Of a stretch of 64,000 nucleotides of DNA, positions 12,503 to 24,930 are shown piece by piece. This stretch comes from Camelus dromedarius. Taxonomy: Eukaryota. The notes under the pieces were generated by a model, which ran no database searches, had not been told where the DNA came from, and saw nothing but the letters and a program-made list of their open reading frames with translations. The stretch covers positions 93,746,001 through 93,810,000 of the forward strand of contig NC_087437.1 in NCBI RefSeq assembly GCF_036321535.1, read 5' to 3'. A program made the position numbers and the translations under genes. How positions within the stretch are numbered: the first letter of the stretch is position 1; each line of letters begins with the position of its first letter.

Positions 12503-13304
12503 AGTATGGTGGGCGGGACAATTGAGATTTGGCTGGTATCTCTTTCTCTTTCATGTGGTGATCTGGGGCTCTCTCACAGCACAGTGTTCTCAGGTTAGTA
12601 GCACTTCTTACCCAGAAGTTGTCTACCCCCAGAACACGTGTTCTATAAAACAAGAAGCAGAAGTTTCTCTTACTTTAGATACTAGAACTGGAGCTTATAT
12701 GTTATTTCTGACACATTCTAATAGTTAAACATTCATAGGTCAAGACCACATTTAGCTCTTGTTGAGGAGAGGAATCTGTCATGTCTGCCCGTCTTTATCC
12801 AGCCTCTGCACATAGGCTATTTCCATTTCTCACAAATTCAAAATACTCTATCCCTGCTAAAATTTCCTCAACTTCGTTACACCAAACTGATATCAAATTC
12901 AGTTTTTAGTTCCAAGATCTTGTCATTTAAATCAGTTCCAAGTGAAAGTAAGACTTTTTGGGTGTAGTTCCTTGGATTGGATCTGGATTATTATTCCTGT
13001 TGATCTGAAGCCTTCTGAACTAACAAGACGCGTTGTCTGTCTTCCTCACATCTGACATGAAAAGGGTAGAGTCGTAGGGTAACTGCACTTGACACTCCTA
13101 CTCCAGACTAACGTGGGCTCAGGAGGGACGGACAGTCACAGATCCAGAGCAGTTCTGAAATACGGTCACATGTCACGAGTTCCTTGATTAGAGCCCAGTC
13201 CTGATCTGCAGGATTGGTTTTCTGTGTAACTTGACTCTACTCTCTAAGTTCTCAGCTCTCTTTCTGAGTCGTATTTCCTTTTGCATAATAAATAGCTTCT
13301 TTCC

Positions 13305-13305
<1 letters not shown>

Positions 13306-13365
<60 letters not shown>

Positions 13366-13406
13366 TTCCTTCCTTCCTTCCTTCCTTCCTTCCTTCCTTC
13401 CTTCCT
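13306..13406. repeat. Compound (TTTC)n(TTCC)n microsatellite
   Basis: Seen directly; a further TC-rich tract runs to about 13480. Confidence 0.95.
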
Positions 13407-14720
13407 TTTGCATAATAAATGGTTTCTTGCTTGCTTGCTTCTTTCCTTCCTTCCTTCCCTCCCTCTTCCCTTTCTTTTATTTTCTTTGTTTTTAATTGAG
13501 TAGTTTTCAGACCTTGTTTCTTATTCATAATGTTGGGGATCTTAACGTCTCTTACATTTTGAACTCTCTCTCCATTTCAGTCCAGGTAAGTAAACTTACT
13601 TTAAAACTCTGGGATACAATTATTACCCACTTTATTAGGCAGGTCACCCCCACAAGTCTCTTCAAGTACTTTGGTGGAGAGTCAGAGTGTAAGAGGACCA
13701 TGCCCTTCAGAGTGTTGGATGACATTATCTATCTGGAAGGGTTCATGAACCACTGCATTACATATTTCTGAGGGTTTTTTCTGAGAGATCTCAGAGCCTT
13801 ATCCTTGAAAACATAACCAGTGTCCTGATTTCATTTATTGTCTTGAAGAAATTTCTTACTTTCAGAGAATTTTCCTGGGAGAGATTGGGAATGAGGAAAC
13901 ATTTCACTTTTGAACACAGAAAATCCTGCCTCAGAAAGTTCTTCTAGATTCTACTTTCAGACTAGACAGTTCCTTCTTTAGTTTTTGTCCCTACCTGTAC
14001 ATTATTGTATGGAGCTAAATAATAAATGAGATGCCCTTATAAGGTTCTGCCTGTAAATATCCAAATCCAAAAATCCAATGAAAGCATGTTCCATTTCCAC
14101 ATTACCACACATGAGAAGATCATCAATTTTTGCCACTGAGATTTTTTTTTTTTAAACAGGTCTCATAGCAAAATCCTACCTGTCATTTCAGTATTTACTA
14201 ACAATCTTCCCAAGGCCCTTCTAATATCTACCTGCTGCTCATACCCAAGCCCACATGTTTTCATTAATTTTTTTTTTACTACAGCAGCCTACTTTCACTA
14301 ATTGGTTTCTTCTTTGATTATTTATTGCTATGTAACAAATCATCCCAAAACTCAGTGGCTCAAAATAACAATTTATTATTATCTCTCTGATGGTTCATTC
14401 ACTCAGCAGGGTACTTCACTCTTTTGGTCCCTCATGTAGTTACAGAGGGATGGCAGCTGGATCTGGAGTCATTAGGAAGATTGTCAGAGCCAGACTGGAA
14501 GATGTGTTCTTTACTTGCATGCCTAGAACTTCAGATTACATGCTTAGGACATCTGAGAGCTAAGGATTTCTCTCTCTCTCTCTCTCTCCACTTCTCCCTC
14601 TCTCCCTCCTTCCTGTCTGCCTTCCTCTTTCCTTCCCTGTGGTCTCTCCATGGGGCTAACTTAGATTTCTTCACAGCTTGCTGGTTTCAGGGAACTCAAA
14701 TGTCTTATATCAAAGCTGGC

Positions 14721-14894
14721 CTGTGTGTGGGGGCTGGGGGGATATAACAGTAGTAGAGAGCATGCTTAGTATGAAGGAGGTCCTGGGTTCAATCCCTAGT
14801 TCCTCCATTAAAATAAATTAAAATAAGTGACTAAATAAACTTAATTGTTTCACCTCAAATAAAAGAAATCAAATAAAGATTTGACTATTAAAAA
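14721..14894 (+). mobile_element. tRNA-Ala-derived SINE, camelid vic-1-like
   Basis: tRNA-like head ggggatataacagtagtagagagcatgcttagtatgaaggaggtcctgggttcaatccctagttcctcca with B box GGTTCAATCC; A-rich tail; AAAGCTGGC repeated at 14712-14720 and 14895-14903 (TSD). Confidence 0.85.
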
Positions 14895-15584
14895 AAAGCT
14901 GGCTCTCCCCAGAGCAAGTTACCAAGACAGAGGAATCAGAGGCTGCCAGTCCCCGTAACAAACTTGTATAGTGTGACATCTACCACATTCCATTGGTTAA
15001 GCAACCTCAGGGCCAGTCCACATTCAAGTGAAAGGGAAATCAACCTCACATCTCGATGGGAAGAGTGGTAAAGAGTTTGCACCCATTTTCATCTAAGACA
15101 TGAAGTTTCCATCCTCTTTTCTAAGAATTTCTCATGGATGGGCAAAGATTAAATTCTGCTCCTTTAATTAGCATTTGCTTTTATTTGTCTTTCTCCCCTA
15201 CCTCATTTATGAATTACTCAAAGTCAAGATAGATAATGTGAATAGGACTAGACCATATGTGGTATCATTTTGGTGGTGTATTCTCTCTATCCACTAATCT
15301 GTGAGAGTCCTACAAGAAAAGCTTATGAAAAGCTTATGACAGCATTCTGTATTACATAAGGTAATTCAACCCCCCTTAAATGTTTTTCTCCAGTCCCACA
15401 TTATCCCCATTCCATGCAAAGGCATGCTTCCTCTTTATATTTCTCACTGTCTGTTTGTTTGTTCCAAGTTTCCTAGTTTCAGATAGGTGCACTTAAAGGT
15501 GTGTATGAGAACCCAGTCATCTGAGGTCTATAAAATAACAGGGTCTGGATATGACGAAAGATTATACTATTATCCACGTCCTTT

Positions 15585-17090
15585 TAAAAATTTAATTTTA
15601 ATATACTTAATAGTTACAGGTTATAAATTATTATTACAAAATATTACAAAATTCCAAATGTACCAAAAAATACACAGTGGAAAGTTTTGTGTTTTTATTC
15701 AGTCCAAAAAGTAAATAAGAAATTCATCATCTAGAAAGAACAAAACTAAAGTTACCAATCAAGCTTGTAGTCTGTTAGATATATGTACACATACACTCAG
15801 ACACTCATAAGCAATTAAATGTGAATGTGTAAATATACATATATATATGTACCTATACATATATGTGGATATAAATGTATATATGAGTATATCTCTATAT
15901 ATGCATTGTTTGTGTGCATGTATATCCTTATTATACAGATGGTAGATTATAGCATGTGCTCTGTAGCACACTTTGCTTTACTTTGGTGATAATATAACTT
16001 GTAGATGATTTCATATTAGTTCTAAAAGAGTTTCATCACTTTGATTCATTTGTTTCTTAGTTTACTTATTGCTATAGAGTATATCAATTTTTATCAAAGT
16101 GATATATTTTTTAACCAGTTTTCTATTGATAGACATTTGATGTGCATTGAATATATTTCTATTAAAAACAATGTTACAATGAATAATCCTGTACATACAG
16201 CATCATTGTACAAGTGTGGGCAGAGCTGTAGTATATACAATTGTTGAGTCAAAAGATATGTATATTTTTTAACTGAACCAAATAGCCCTTCTTGGGGAAA
16301 ATACCGGTTTACATATTCAGTCTATTGCAGTACCTCTTAGTTTTTTGAATCTATATTGAATAGTGTCAAATATTTGATCCTTATCCACCAGCCAGGTGAA
16401 GATAGTATCTCATTATATTTTAAATTTGCATTTAAAATTCAAAGTGACATTGAACATCTTTTGATGTGATTAAAACATTTATATTTTACTTTCTATCATT
16501 TGTTATGATCCTTTGCTCATTTTTATGTGAGTGGGTTCATCTTTTTCTTATGGACTTATACAGGGTTTTTTTGTGTAGAGGAGAATTACATTCTGTCATT
16601 TTGTCACTTAAGTTGCAGACTGTATCTTCTCACTGTTTGTTAATCTTTTTCTTTGAATATTTACCATGGATTTTGTTTTAATATTGTCAGATTTACCAAA
16701 TTTTTAATGAATTTTAAGTTTTCTTTCATATGTAAGAGTGATTTTTGTGACATTAAATAAAAATTCTAGTTTTACATGATTTTAACATTTTAATTTGTGA
16801 TATAGCTTGAATTTTTTTTGGTATAAGGTATGAAATATGTATCTACTTTGTCCAGATAGCTACCTAGTTGTCTAAATATTAGTTATTAAAATAATAGATC
16901 ATTATTAGTACTAATCTATCTTTTTTCCATGACATTGAGATGCCTCTTTTACCATTTTCTAAATTTCTCTCTCTCTCTCTCCATATATTTATATGTATAT
17001 ATGAAATTTTCTTAGTATTTGTTCTTGCTCCCATCCATGAAGGAATATCACACAAAGTAACACTGTATTTTGGCTAGACTGCTTCCGCCT
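15585..17090 (-). mobile_element. Old L1ME-like 3' region with internal TA/TG-rich low-complexity tract
   Basis: ttaaccagttttctattgatagacattt, atgttacaatgaataatcctgtacata, atctcattatattttaaatttgcattt, ttggtataaggtatgaaata, tgagatgcctcttttacc. Confidence 0.75.
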
Positions 17091-17208
17091 TCAGAAGGTA
17101 AAATTGGGCCTGGCAGGAAACAATTCTTTTTCAAAAGAGTGGGTGTAATCTTCACTTACCTAGACATTGCCATGAATCTCTTTGGAGAAAGCAGAATCTA
17201 AAATATTC

Positions 17209-17627
17209 TGTATTAGTTTCTTAGGCATGCCATAACAAAGTACCACAAACTGGATAACTTAAAACAATATAAATGTATTACTTCACAGTTCCAGGGTGTC
17301 CACCAGCCTGTGCTCCCTCAGACACACCTGTAGGAAAATCCTTCCTCGTCTCTTCCTCGCTTGGCTGGTGATATTTGCTGTTCCTTGGCTTCCAGCTGCC
17401 TTTGCCGTCACGTGGAGCTGTCACTGTGTGTCTCTGGCTCCACGTGGCCATCTTTATTATAAGGACACCAGTCCTATTGAATTAGGGGACAACCCTACTA
17501 CGTTATGACTTCATCTTAGCTAATTGCATTGACAGTGACTCTCTTTCCAAGTAAATTTACATTCTGAAGTACCAGATGTTAGGACTTAGCATAATTTTTT
17601 TGATGGGAAACAATTTAACCTGTAAGA
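17209..17627 (-). mobile_element. MLT1C-like solo LTR
   Basis: tgtattagtttcttagg...cataacaaagtaccacaaactgg...ttataaggacaccagtcctattgaattagggg...caatttaacc. Confidence 0.88.
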
Positions 17628-19716
17628 ATTGCTACTCAATTTGGGCAGTATTCTTTGTCTTCTGTTCAGTATTCTGACTCCACTGAACTCTTTCTGTACC
17701 TCCTGGGTATGTACATCTTGTGTGATTTCGCGTGATACTTCTGTGATTACTCTTTTTACAAATCTGTGCCTACTATGAAAAATACCATGATTGTGTAACA
17801 ATTTGATTTTTTAAGAAAATAATGTATAAACAAACCCACTTATATAATTGTATTAATATATATCTTATGGACGTGCATAATTACCAGTATTTATCATACC
17901 AAATCAGTGAGCATTTGAAAGTAAAAGTTACTCTTATTTTCTTTTTTATATATACAGTATTCGGCAGTCACTGTTATGGACAAGTCTTGTCTTGAGGATT
18001 CCATAATATGGTAAAAGCCAAATTCCCTGCAGGATTTATCACCTCTGCACCCATTTCTTACCCCTTTACTACATCTCCAACTCTGCTCAATTTGCTAACT
18101 CTCCTCCACGTTTCCTGCATTAGCCCCGTACCTTATAATGATCATATGTCAATGTTAGAAAGTGGAAAAACACAGTAAGCCATTAGTCGCTAAGTAGAAA
18201 CTCATGTATAAATTACTCATTCTTCTAAGATAAATGTCTATACTTGTTAGCGTTTACCAGTGCATCAGCTTACTATGATTTGTAGATCATGAGATTTAAA
18301 TTATATCATTAAATTGCTCTCCAAAGCATCTAAACTTATCACTGGTCATGTCTATGTTTAATACTACAACCCTCAATGTTATAGAAATGTGATATCTTAA
18401 TTACATTTGAATTTTCTTATATAGAATAGCCTTTTGTTCATTTTGAGTGATTTTTGCTTGGCCAAGTGTATCAAGCCCAGTCTGAGGAAGGACTACCTTC
18501 AGAGAACAGGGATGATCAGCTTGGGTCTCTCAAAAGAAAAAAATTAATAAAAGAAAGATTCGAAATCTGGCAGACACATGTTCAGAGTTATGTTCTGTGA
18601 TAATATGCGAATAGCTCGGCAGGTTTAACCACCATCTGTGTGAAATGTCTCTCAGCACACTCTGATTCTGTGTTTACAAATCAACACTGTGAAGGAAAAT
18701 TCCAGCTCCAAAGTCGTTGATCTCAGGAAGTAGAAGCACTTATTTTCAAACACAAGCAGTCTGGTTATGGGAAAGCATATATATTCCTTTAATATTCAAG
18801 CTGACATTATTGTAGATGTCTTGAGTGAGTGAGAGAACGAATAACACTTCTAGATCTGGATAATATTAACCTTTTATATCTGTAACACAGTCAGCGGGGG
18901 ATGGAGGTACACTCTGGGACCTGGTGACTGCACCAAGAAATTGACCTCTTTTAAGCCTTGGTAGTAATAACTGGTCTTTCAAACCACTGCCTTTATCTTG
19001 TCATTGTCAAGCCGCAATGACATGGCATTTAATAAATTAGGCATATTTAAAATAATATAATAATTAAAATAACAGAGGGTGGCCTGAAATAAATGGGAAT
19101 GATAAAAGAGTGTTGAGCTTTGTTACTGCTGAAATTTATATTTAAATTTGTAATATATAAGAATTTAAAATACAAAAGAGGGTGTTTGTGTCTTTTAGTA
19201 GGAAAAGAAATATTGGGTTAATTTTTTTACCTATTTGAAAGGGACTGATTCATTTGTGTTACAGTCACTGAAGTGGAAAATTAGCATCAGGTTATGAAAA
19301 GAAATTTTTAAAAAACTCATTGTGAACTAGAATGAAAAGAAAATAATTGATTGGTGCACTTTCAACTGCTCCTAAGAAAGACAATGCAATGCAGAAAAGA
19401 ATTACCACTGTGGTAAATAAGCTAAACAGCAAAGGGCAAAAGTACAAATTTTGTTGAGAGCAATGCTTCAGATGATGTGACTTGGAACAATGCAGTGATC
19501 ATCAAGTTATGCTAACCTGGATATAAAATTTTATTTCCTTTTTTTAAAGTAGCTTTACAAGTTCTGTAATAAGTGTGTTCTAAGAGTGCCTCTAAATTAA
19601 ATAAAAATCAATAGATAATATTGCACTGTCACTCAGGTGCCTGTCTGTGCTACTTGATAAACCACAGTTGTTAATTCCTTCGTTCTTGGACCATCAATAA
19701 AGTAACTCTTGATCAT

Positions 19717-20115
19717 TGTGATGGTTAATTTTAAGGGTCAAACTGTCTGGGTGTTTCTGTGAGGGTGTTTTTAGATGAGATTCATATTTAAATTGGTGGA
19801 CTTCAAGTAATGTAGATTGCCCTCCGTAATGTGCCTGGACCTTATCCAATTAGTTGAAGGCCTAAGTAGAACAGAAGAACTGAACTTTCTCAAGCAAGAG
19901 GGAATTCTCCAGTGGACTGCTTTTGGACTCAAGTACCACTGTCCTCAGTTTCGAACATGTAAACCTCTCCCTCAAATTTTGGATTTGCCAAACACCCACA
20001 ATTGCATGAGCCAGTTGTTTAAGATAGGTCTCTTCACAAACACACACACACACACAAACACAAACACACACGCACTCTGCTGATTCTGTTCCTCTGGAAA
20101 ACTATGACTCATACA
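19717..20115 (+). mobile_element. MLT2 (MLT2D-like) ERVL solo LTR with internal (CA)n
   Basis: TG...CA ends: tgtgatggttaatttt ... ttctgttcctctggaaaactatgactcataca; agattgccctccgtaatgtg and atccaattagttgaaggcct. Confidence 0.88.
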
Positions 20116-20651
20116 GTCAGGAAAAATATTTTCCAGTACTCTCTTCTTTCTTAATTGGCCTAAAACCTTTGATTAAGATATTAGATTTAGAGAATCTGAA
20201 GAAATATGAAGAAATTTTCATTTCCCAAATATCTTGTTGGAGGTCCAGTGATCTTTGACATGTCATGAGCCTTTCTGATTATAACTTATAAATTTTTAGG
20301 AGATTTTACCAAGCGTTTAGTTCTATTGAAATGTTTTAATGTTAGGAATTTACTTATTGCAGTCATTTAAATCTTTTCTCATTGGACACAAATGCAAATT
20401 TAAAATCTAAAAGGCGTTAAGAAAATGAAAACTGATAAAGCCCATTTCTTAAAAGTTGAAATTTATATTTAGTTGTCACAACCACCTTCTAATCTTTAGA
20501 TTATGTCTGAGATCCATTCCAGATAACATATTCCTCCTGTCTTGGGAACTCAGACAGGGAACACATGTGGCAGTGAGCACCACGTCTCCAGAACAGCTCA
20601 TTAGTTGGGAGATCACACGTGACCCTGGGAGAAGCAAAAGTCTTGCACTTG

Positions 20652-20779
20652 CATGTTAGTTTTCTACTGCTGCTGTTAACAAATCTCCACAAATGCAGTG
20701 GCTCAAAAGCAACACAAATATATTATCTAACAGTTCTGTAGGTTAGAAGTACTACACGAATCCTACTGGGCTAAAATCA
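20652..20779 (-). mobile_element. MLT1D 3' fragment
   Basis: ttagttttctactgctgctgttaacaaatctccacaaa...cagttctgtaggttagaagt...actgggctaaaatca. Confidence 0.75.
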
Positions 20780-20789
20780 CTGACTCGCT

Positions 20790-20938
20790 AAATGGACACA
20801 TACCAAAACATTAAATGTGGTTATCTCCACTATGTCTGTAATGTAAAGGTGTAAGTGATGTGTCTTTTATTTTACTAACATATATTTTCTAGTTTTAACT
20901 GAATTTACTAATACTCATTCAGAAATCAAAATAGAAAA
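20790..20938 (+). mobile_element. Old L1M 3'UTR terminal fragment
   Basis: acataccaaaacattaaatgtggttatctc...ttttattttactaacatatattttct. Confidence 0.45.
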
Positions 20939-21377
20939 GCGAAACTTAGAAAGGGAAATATATGCATTTGATATACCATTAATTAACCTAAGCATAAATA
21001 TTTTAAGCAAAAGAAACTAAAACAAAATTGGCTCCTAATGATAATTTCAATCAATTTTCAGTAGAATCTACATAAAATTTCTAGCTTGAGAAAATTAACT
21101 TTTTGGAAATATATACAACATTAAATTTGCTGGCATTATTATTAAAATCCCTATTATTATGATTCATTTGTATCTATCCAAGTATACTGACAAATGACAA
21201 AGGAATATGCAGAATCCTGTTGAAATCCTATATGAGGAATAATGGGCTCTTTAAGTTGATGTATCGGAGGATGGATTATTTTAAGAGCTTTATATTACCC
21301 GGGACAAATAGCTTTATACATAAAGTCATTTATTTGTTTTTCTCCCTAAAAGTAGTCCCATGAGGGGATTACATCCA

Positions 21378-21490
21378 GACATTTAATGACTTCTCACTTC
21401 TTTATATCTTATACTGTGGTCAAAAGCATTTAACACTGTTCCCAACTCTGTCTGGAAATACTCATGTCTCCTTGACCTCTCAATAGTATT
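21378..21490 (+). mobile_element. L2 ORF2 fragment
   Basis: caaaagcatttaacactgttcccaactctgtctggaaatactc resembles L2 'cagcagcatttgacac...cttgaaacactc'. Confidence 0.4.
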
Positions 21491-22059
21491 CAACTTTGTT
21501 GGCCTCAGAGGAAACATAAAGAGTCTACATACAGATGATTTGCAGCTAGATTGTGAGAGCTCCATTAGTTAACAGTTAGTAAACCCCTTCTCCAGATTAC
21601 TTTGACCACAGCAGAATTTAAGAGTGGTGTCTAGAAATTTTGATGAATTTTGTCTTCTCTTACCCAAACAAAAACAGGCCCAAAAGAAGAGCTTTAATAA
21701 GTATGTGCTTATATATTTTCCTGCAGCTGCTAGAAAATTTTACCTTCAGTCAAAGATTGGTGTTCTCCATTATTTAGTGTACATTTATTTCTTTAATCCT
21801 GAATAAATAAGTTAAACACTATTTGGAAAGCTAATACTCTTAAGTATTATAAAAAGTAAAAATATTACAAATGCTGGGATCCTATATGTCTTAGTATGTC
21901 ATTAGAGGTCACATTTTGTTTTTATATGGTACATTTTTCTTTTAACATAGCTTAAATTTTCTTTTTTATGTTGCTGCATTTCATGAAGTCAATTTTAACA
22001 AGACTTCCAGAATTTACAAAACAGAAAACTTATGAACACAAAAATGCTAATGGTATTTA

Positions 22060-22380
22060 TTTTTCAATAATATTAGCAAAATATAATTCACACCAAGAAG
22101 TTAACCCATTTGAAGTATGTAATTCAATAGCTTTATGTATATTTTCAGAGTTATGCAAAACTTACCACAATTTTAGAACATTTGCCTCATCCCAAAAAGG
22201 GAACTTCATATTACATAATAGTATCTCCTGTATTCTTCAGACTCATTCCTGCAAGTTCTATGCAGCCATAAATCTACATTCTGTGTATATAGATTTACCT
22301 ACTCTACACACTTCATGTTAATGGATTCATATAATGCATAGTTTTTTGTGGCTAGCCTCTGTTTTTCTATGTAACATTTG
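22060..22380 (-). mobile_element. L1MB-like 3'UTR
   Basis: atataattcacacc...aacccatttgaagtatgtaattcaatag...ttttagaacatttgcctcatcccaaaaagg...aatctacattctgtgtatatagatttacct. Confidence 0.8.
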
Positions 22381-22399
22381 AATCCATTTAATTATTTTT

Positions 22400-24930
22400 T
22401 TTCAGTATTTTTAAAAAATTTATTTTCTTAATGGTTGCTTTGTAGAATATAATGAACATCTTAATTATCAGAATCCACTTCATATTTATACCAACTTACA
22501 GAGATATACCCCTACAGAGAGCTGTTTCCTCTGCCCCCTTTTATGCTCTTATTTTTATACATATTCCACCCGTATGTATTAACACCCCAAAATACATGGT
22601 TAAAATGAGGCATGTATAATATATTTATATAATTTATATAATTTTATGCCTTTTGAAAACACTTAAAGAAGGGAGAACCAATATATATTTATAGTTTTTA
22701 ATATAAATTTTCTTATTTACAATTCCTAGTTCTCATTTGTTCCCATGGGTTTAAGTTACCATCTAGTGTTTTTTCTTATTTCAGAACAGCTCTGTTGCCA
22801 CCCATACCCTTATGCTAATAATATCAAGTACATTACCTTTCTATATACTACAGGCCTCACAATACAATTATATACCTATTGTTTTATACAATTGCTTTTT
22901 AAATGAGTTACTAAGAGAAAAGAGAAAAAGCATGCAATTGCAGTGCCCTTTATAATTACCTAAATAGTTATCTTTACTGGCATTTATTATTTTTTATATG
23001 GATTTGAATTACAGTCTGATACTGTATGCTTTCAGTCTGGGGAAAAAAAAAACTTTCTTTAGTATTTCTTGTCAGTTGTGCTAGCAATAGTTTTGTTTTT
23101 TCCTATCAGCACTCTGAAATATCATCTCTCTGCCTTCTGACCTCCAGTGTTTCTAATGAGAAGTCAGTTTTTTTAACTCTGATTTTGGTCCCATTGTATG
23201 ACAAATTGTTTTTGTCTTCCTGCTGTCAAGATTTTCATTTTTGTCTTTCAATATTTTGACTGTCCTATGGCTGGATCCACAGGGCCCCTTTGCAATTATG
23301 CTGCTTGGAGTTTGTTGAGCTTCGTTGTTGTATATAGCAGTATTTTTCTTCAAATTTGTAAAATTGTCAACCATTATTTATTCACATATTTCTTTCTAGC
23401 CCTTTCTGTCTCCTCTTTGCTAACTCCCTTTATGGGTATGTTGGTGTGCATGATGCCGTCCTACACTTCTCTGAGGCTTTGCTAATTTTTTTTTTCATTC
23501 TCTTCTTTCTCTATGTTCTTCAGATTGTAGAATCTCCATCAATCTGTCTTCAAGTTTGCTGATTCTTTTTCCTGCCAGCTTATAACTACTGAGCTGCTGT
23601 AATGAATTTTTTCTTTCTAATTATTGTACTTTTCAACTCAAGAATTTCCATTCGGTTTTGTTATAATTTTAATCTCTCTATTTTTGATTTGATGAAACAT
23701 TATCATCATCTTTCTTTGCTACGCTAAGCATGGTTTCTGTAGTTCTTTGAACATACTTACAATAGCTATTTTAAATCTTTGTCTACTAAGTTGTGCTAAG
23801 CTGATACCTTATCCCTCTCAAAGGAAGTTTCTGTTGCCTGCTTTTTTCCTGTGTGTGGAATATACTTTTCAGTTCCTTTGCATGTCCCATAATATGTTGT
23901 ACAGAAGTAGACATTGTAGGTAATATATTACAGAAAATGTGGACTCTGAGCCTCTTTCTGGGGATTGTTGTTGTTGCCTTATGTATCTTTTTAGTAACTT
24001 GGCTGTGCTATGTAAGTGAAGTTTGTTTTCCCCACAACTTGTAGCCTCTGATGTCTTTCCTTAGCAAGTGCAAACATGGACAGACACTATTATCCTGGGA
24101 TAATAGTGATTTAGCAGGACTTTCTTTGATTACCTCTTGCCCGATCTCTCTGTTAAGATCTAACTCATCTACCTCTATTGAGACCATACCCAGCTGTTGG
24201 CCTCCACTGTTTGCCCACTGAATAATTTAGTGTTTTTGTCAATGTCCTGGGCATAAATTGCTCCACAGTCTGATCCAGTTAAATTCCAGCCTCTTGTGGG
24301 AGCAGTCTTCCAGTCCAGTCTTAAGGCTTATTTTGACCCAAACAGGGCTCTTCTTAGCTGTTTCTTTCCCTAGTTCTCTTTTAACTTGTAAGTGGTCAAT
24401 GGTTTAGCTTGTTGCTATTATGGAGCCACCGACTCCTAAAACTCGCTTATCACAAAAATCACCATTGTTTTCAAGTGCATTTTAAAGCTTGATTTTTTAA
24501 TGGTTTTCTTATACATAAAGTCACTCCCCTTTGAAAAAGCAGTGAGTTTGCCTTTCTTTCTGGGATAATCTTCTGTGCTACTACCCCAATGCTGGGCACA
24601 GAAAGAGTAACCTACTTCTCTCAGAGTGGAAGCCCTTCTTCATACTTGGGTCACTGGGTGGGGGCAGTAGTCCCTGGTCTTCTCCACTGTCCGTCATGCA
24701 GCTCATGCCCCATGAGTGAGCTGCGTCAGGGATGAGCGGGGTCCAGGATTCTTGTCTTGCTGCAAGTAGGTGCTGGGTAGAGAAGGGAACCCCTACCTCT
24801 CAGCTGTTCTTGCCTGAAATAGAGCTGCTTAATATGGAGACTGGAAGGATGAAAATGAGATGAGAAGTGTTGGCAGTCTTCCCATTCTGGAGAGAGAGAA
24901 TAGCCTTAGCCTAGCACCTGGAGGGAGATA
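22400..24930 (-). mobile_element. Old L1M inter-ORF, ORF1 and 5'UTR region
   Basis: gccttctgacctccagtgtttctaatgagaagtcag, tcaagattttcatttttgtctttca, aatctgtcttcaagtttgctgattct and tgtacttttcaactcaagaatttccatt, followed by a GC-richer 5'UTR-like segment. Confidence 0.78.

Larger units (their letters stand above)
11791..15100 (-). mobile_element. MaLR (MLT1G/H-like) element with two LTRs and internal region: LTR about 11791-12800 (split), int about 12800-14310, LTR about 14310-15100 (split)
   Basis: Both ends start alike (ttatctgttgcta...aacatccccaag vs ttatttattgctatgtaacaaatcatcccaaaac) and share later motifs (acacattctaatagttaa vs ccacattccattggttaa). The sequence between has MLT1-int motifs (tccaagatcttgtcatttaaatcagttcca; ccacatgtttt...acagcagc). 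Confidence 0.75.

Noticed and set aside
13231..13528. ORFs rich in F/L/S/P or R/K/E/G
   Set aside because: Translations of the (TTTC)n(TTCC)n microsatellite
14736..14807. tRNA-Ala gene
   Set aside because: A box/D-arm and anticodon arm are degraded; the A-rich tail and TSD show it is a SINE head
17160..17197. 38-nt minus-strand exon with TAG|GTAAGT donor
   Set aside because: The polypyrimidine tract is weak and abuts the MLT1C LTR; no supporting evidence
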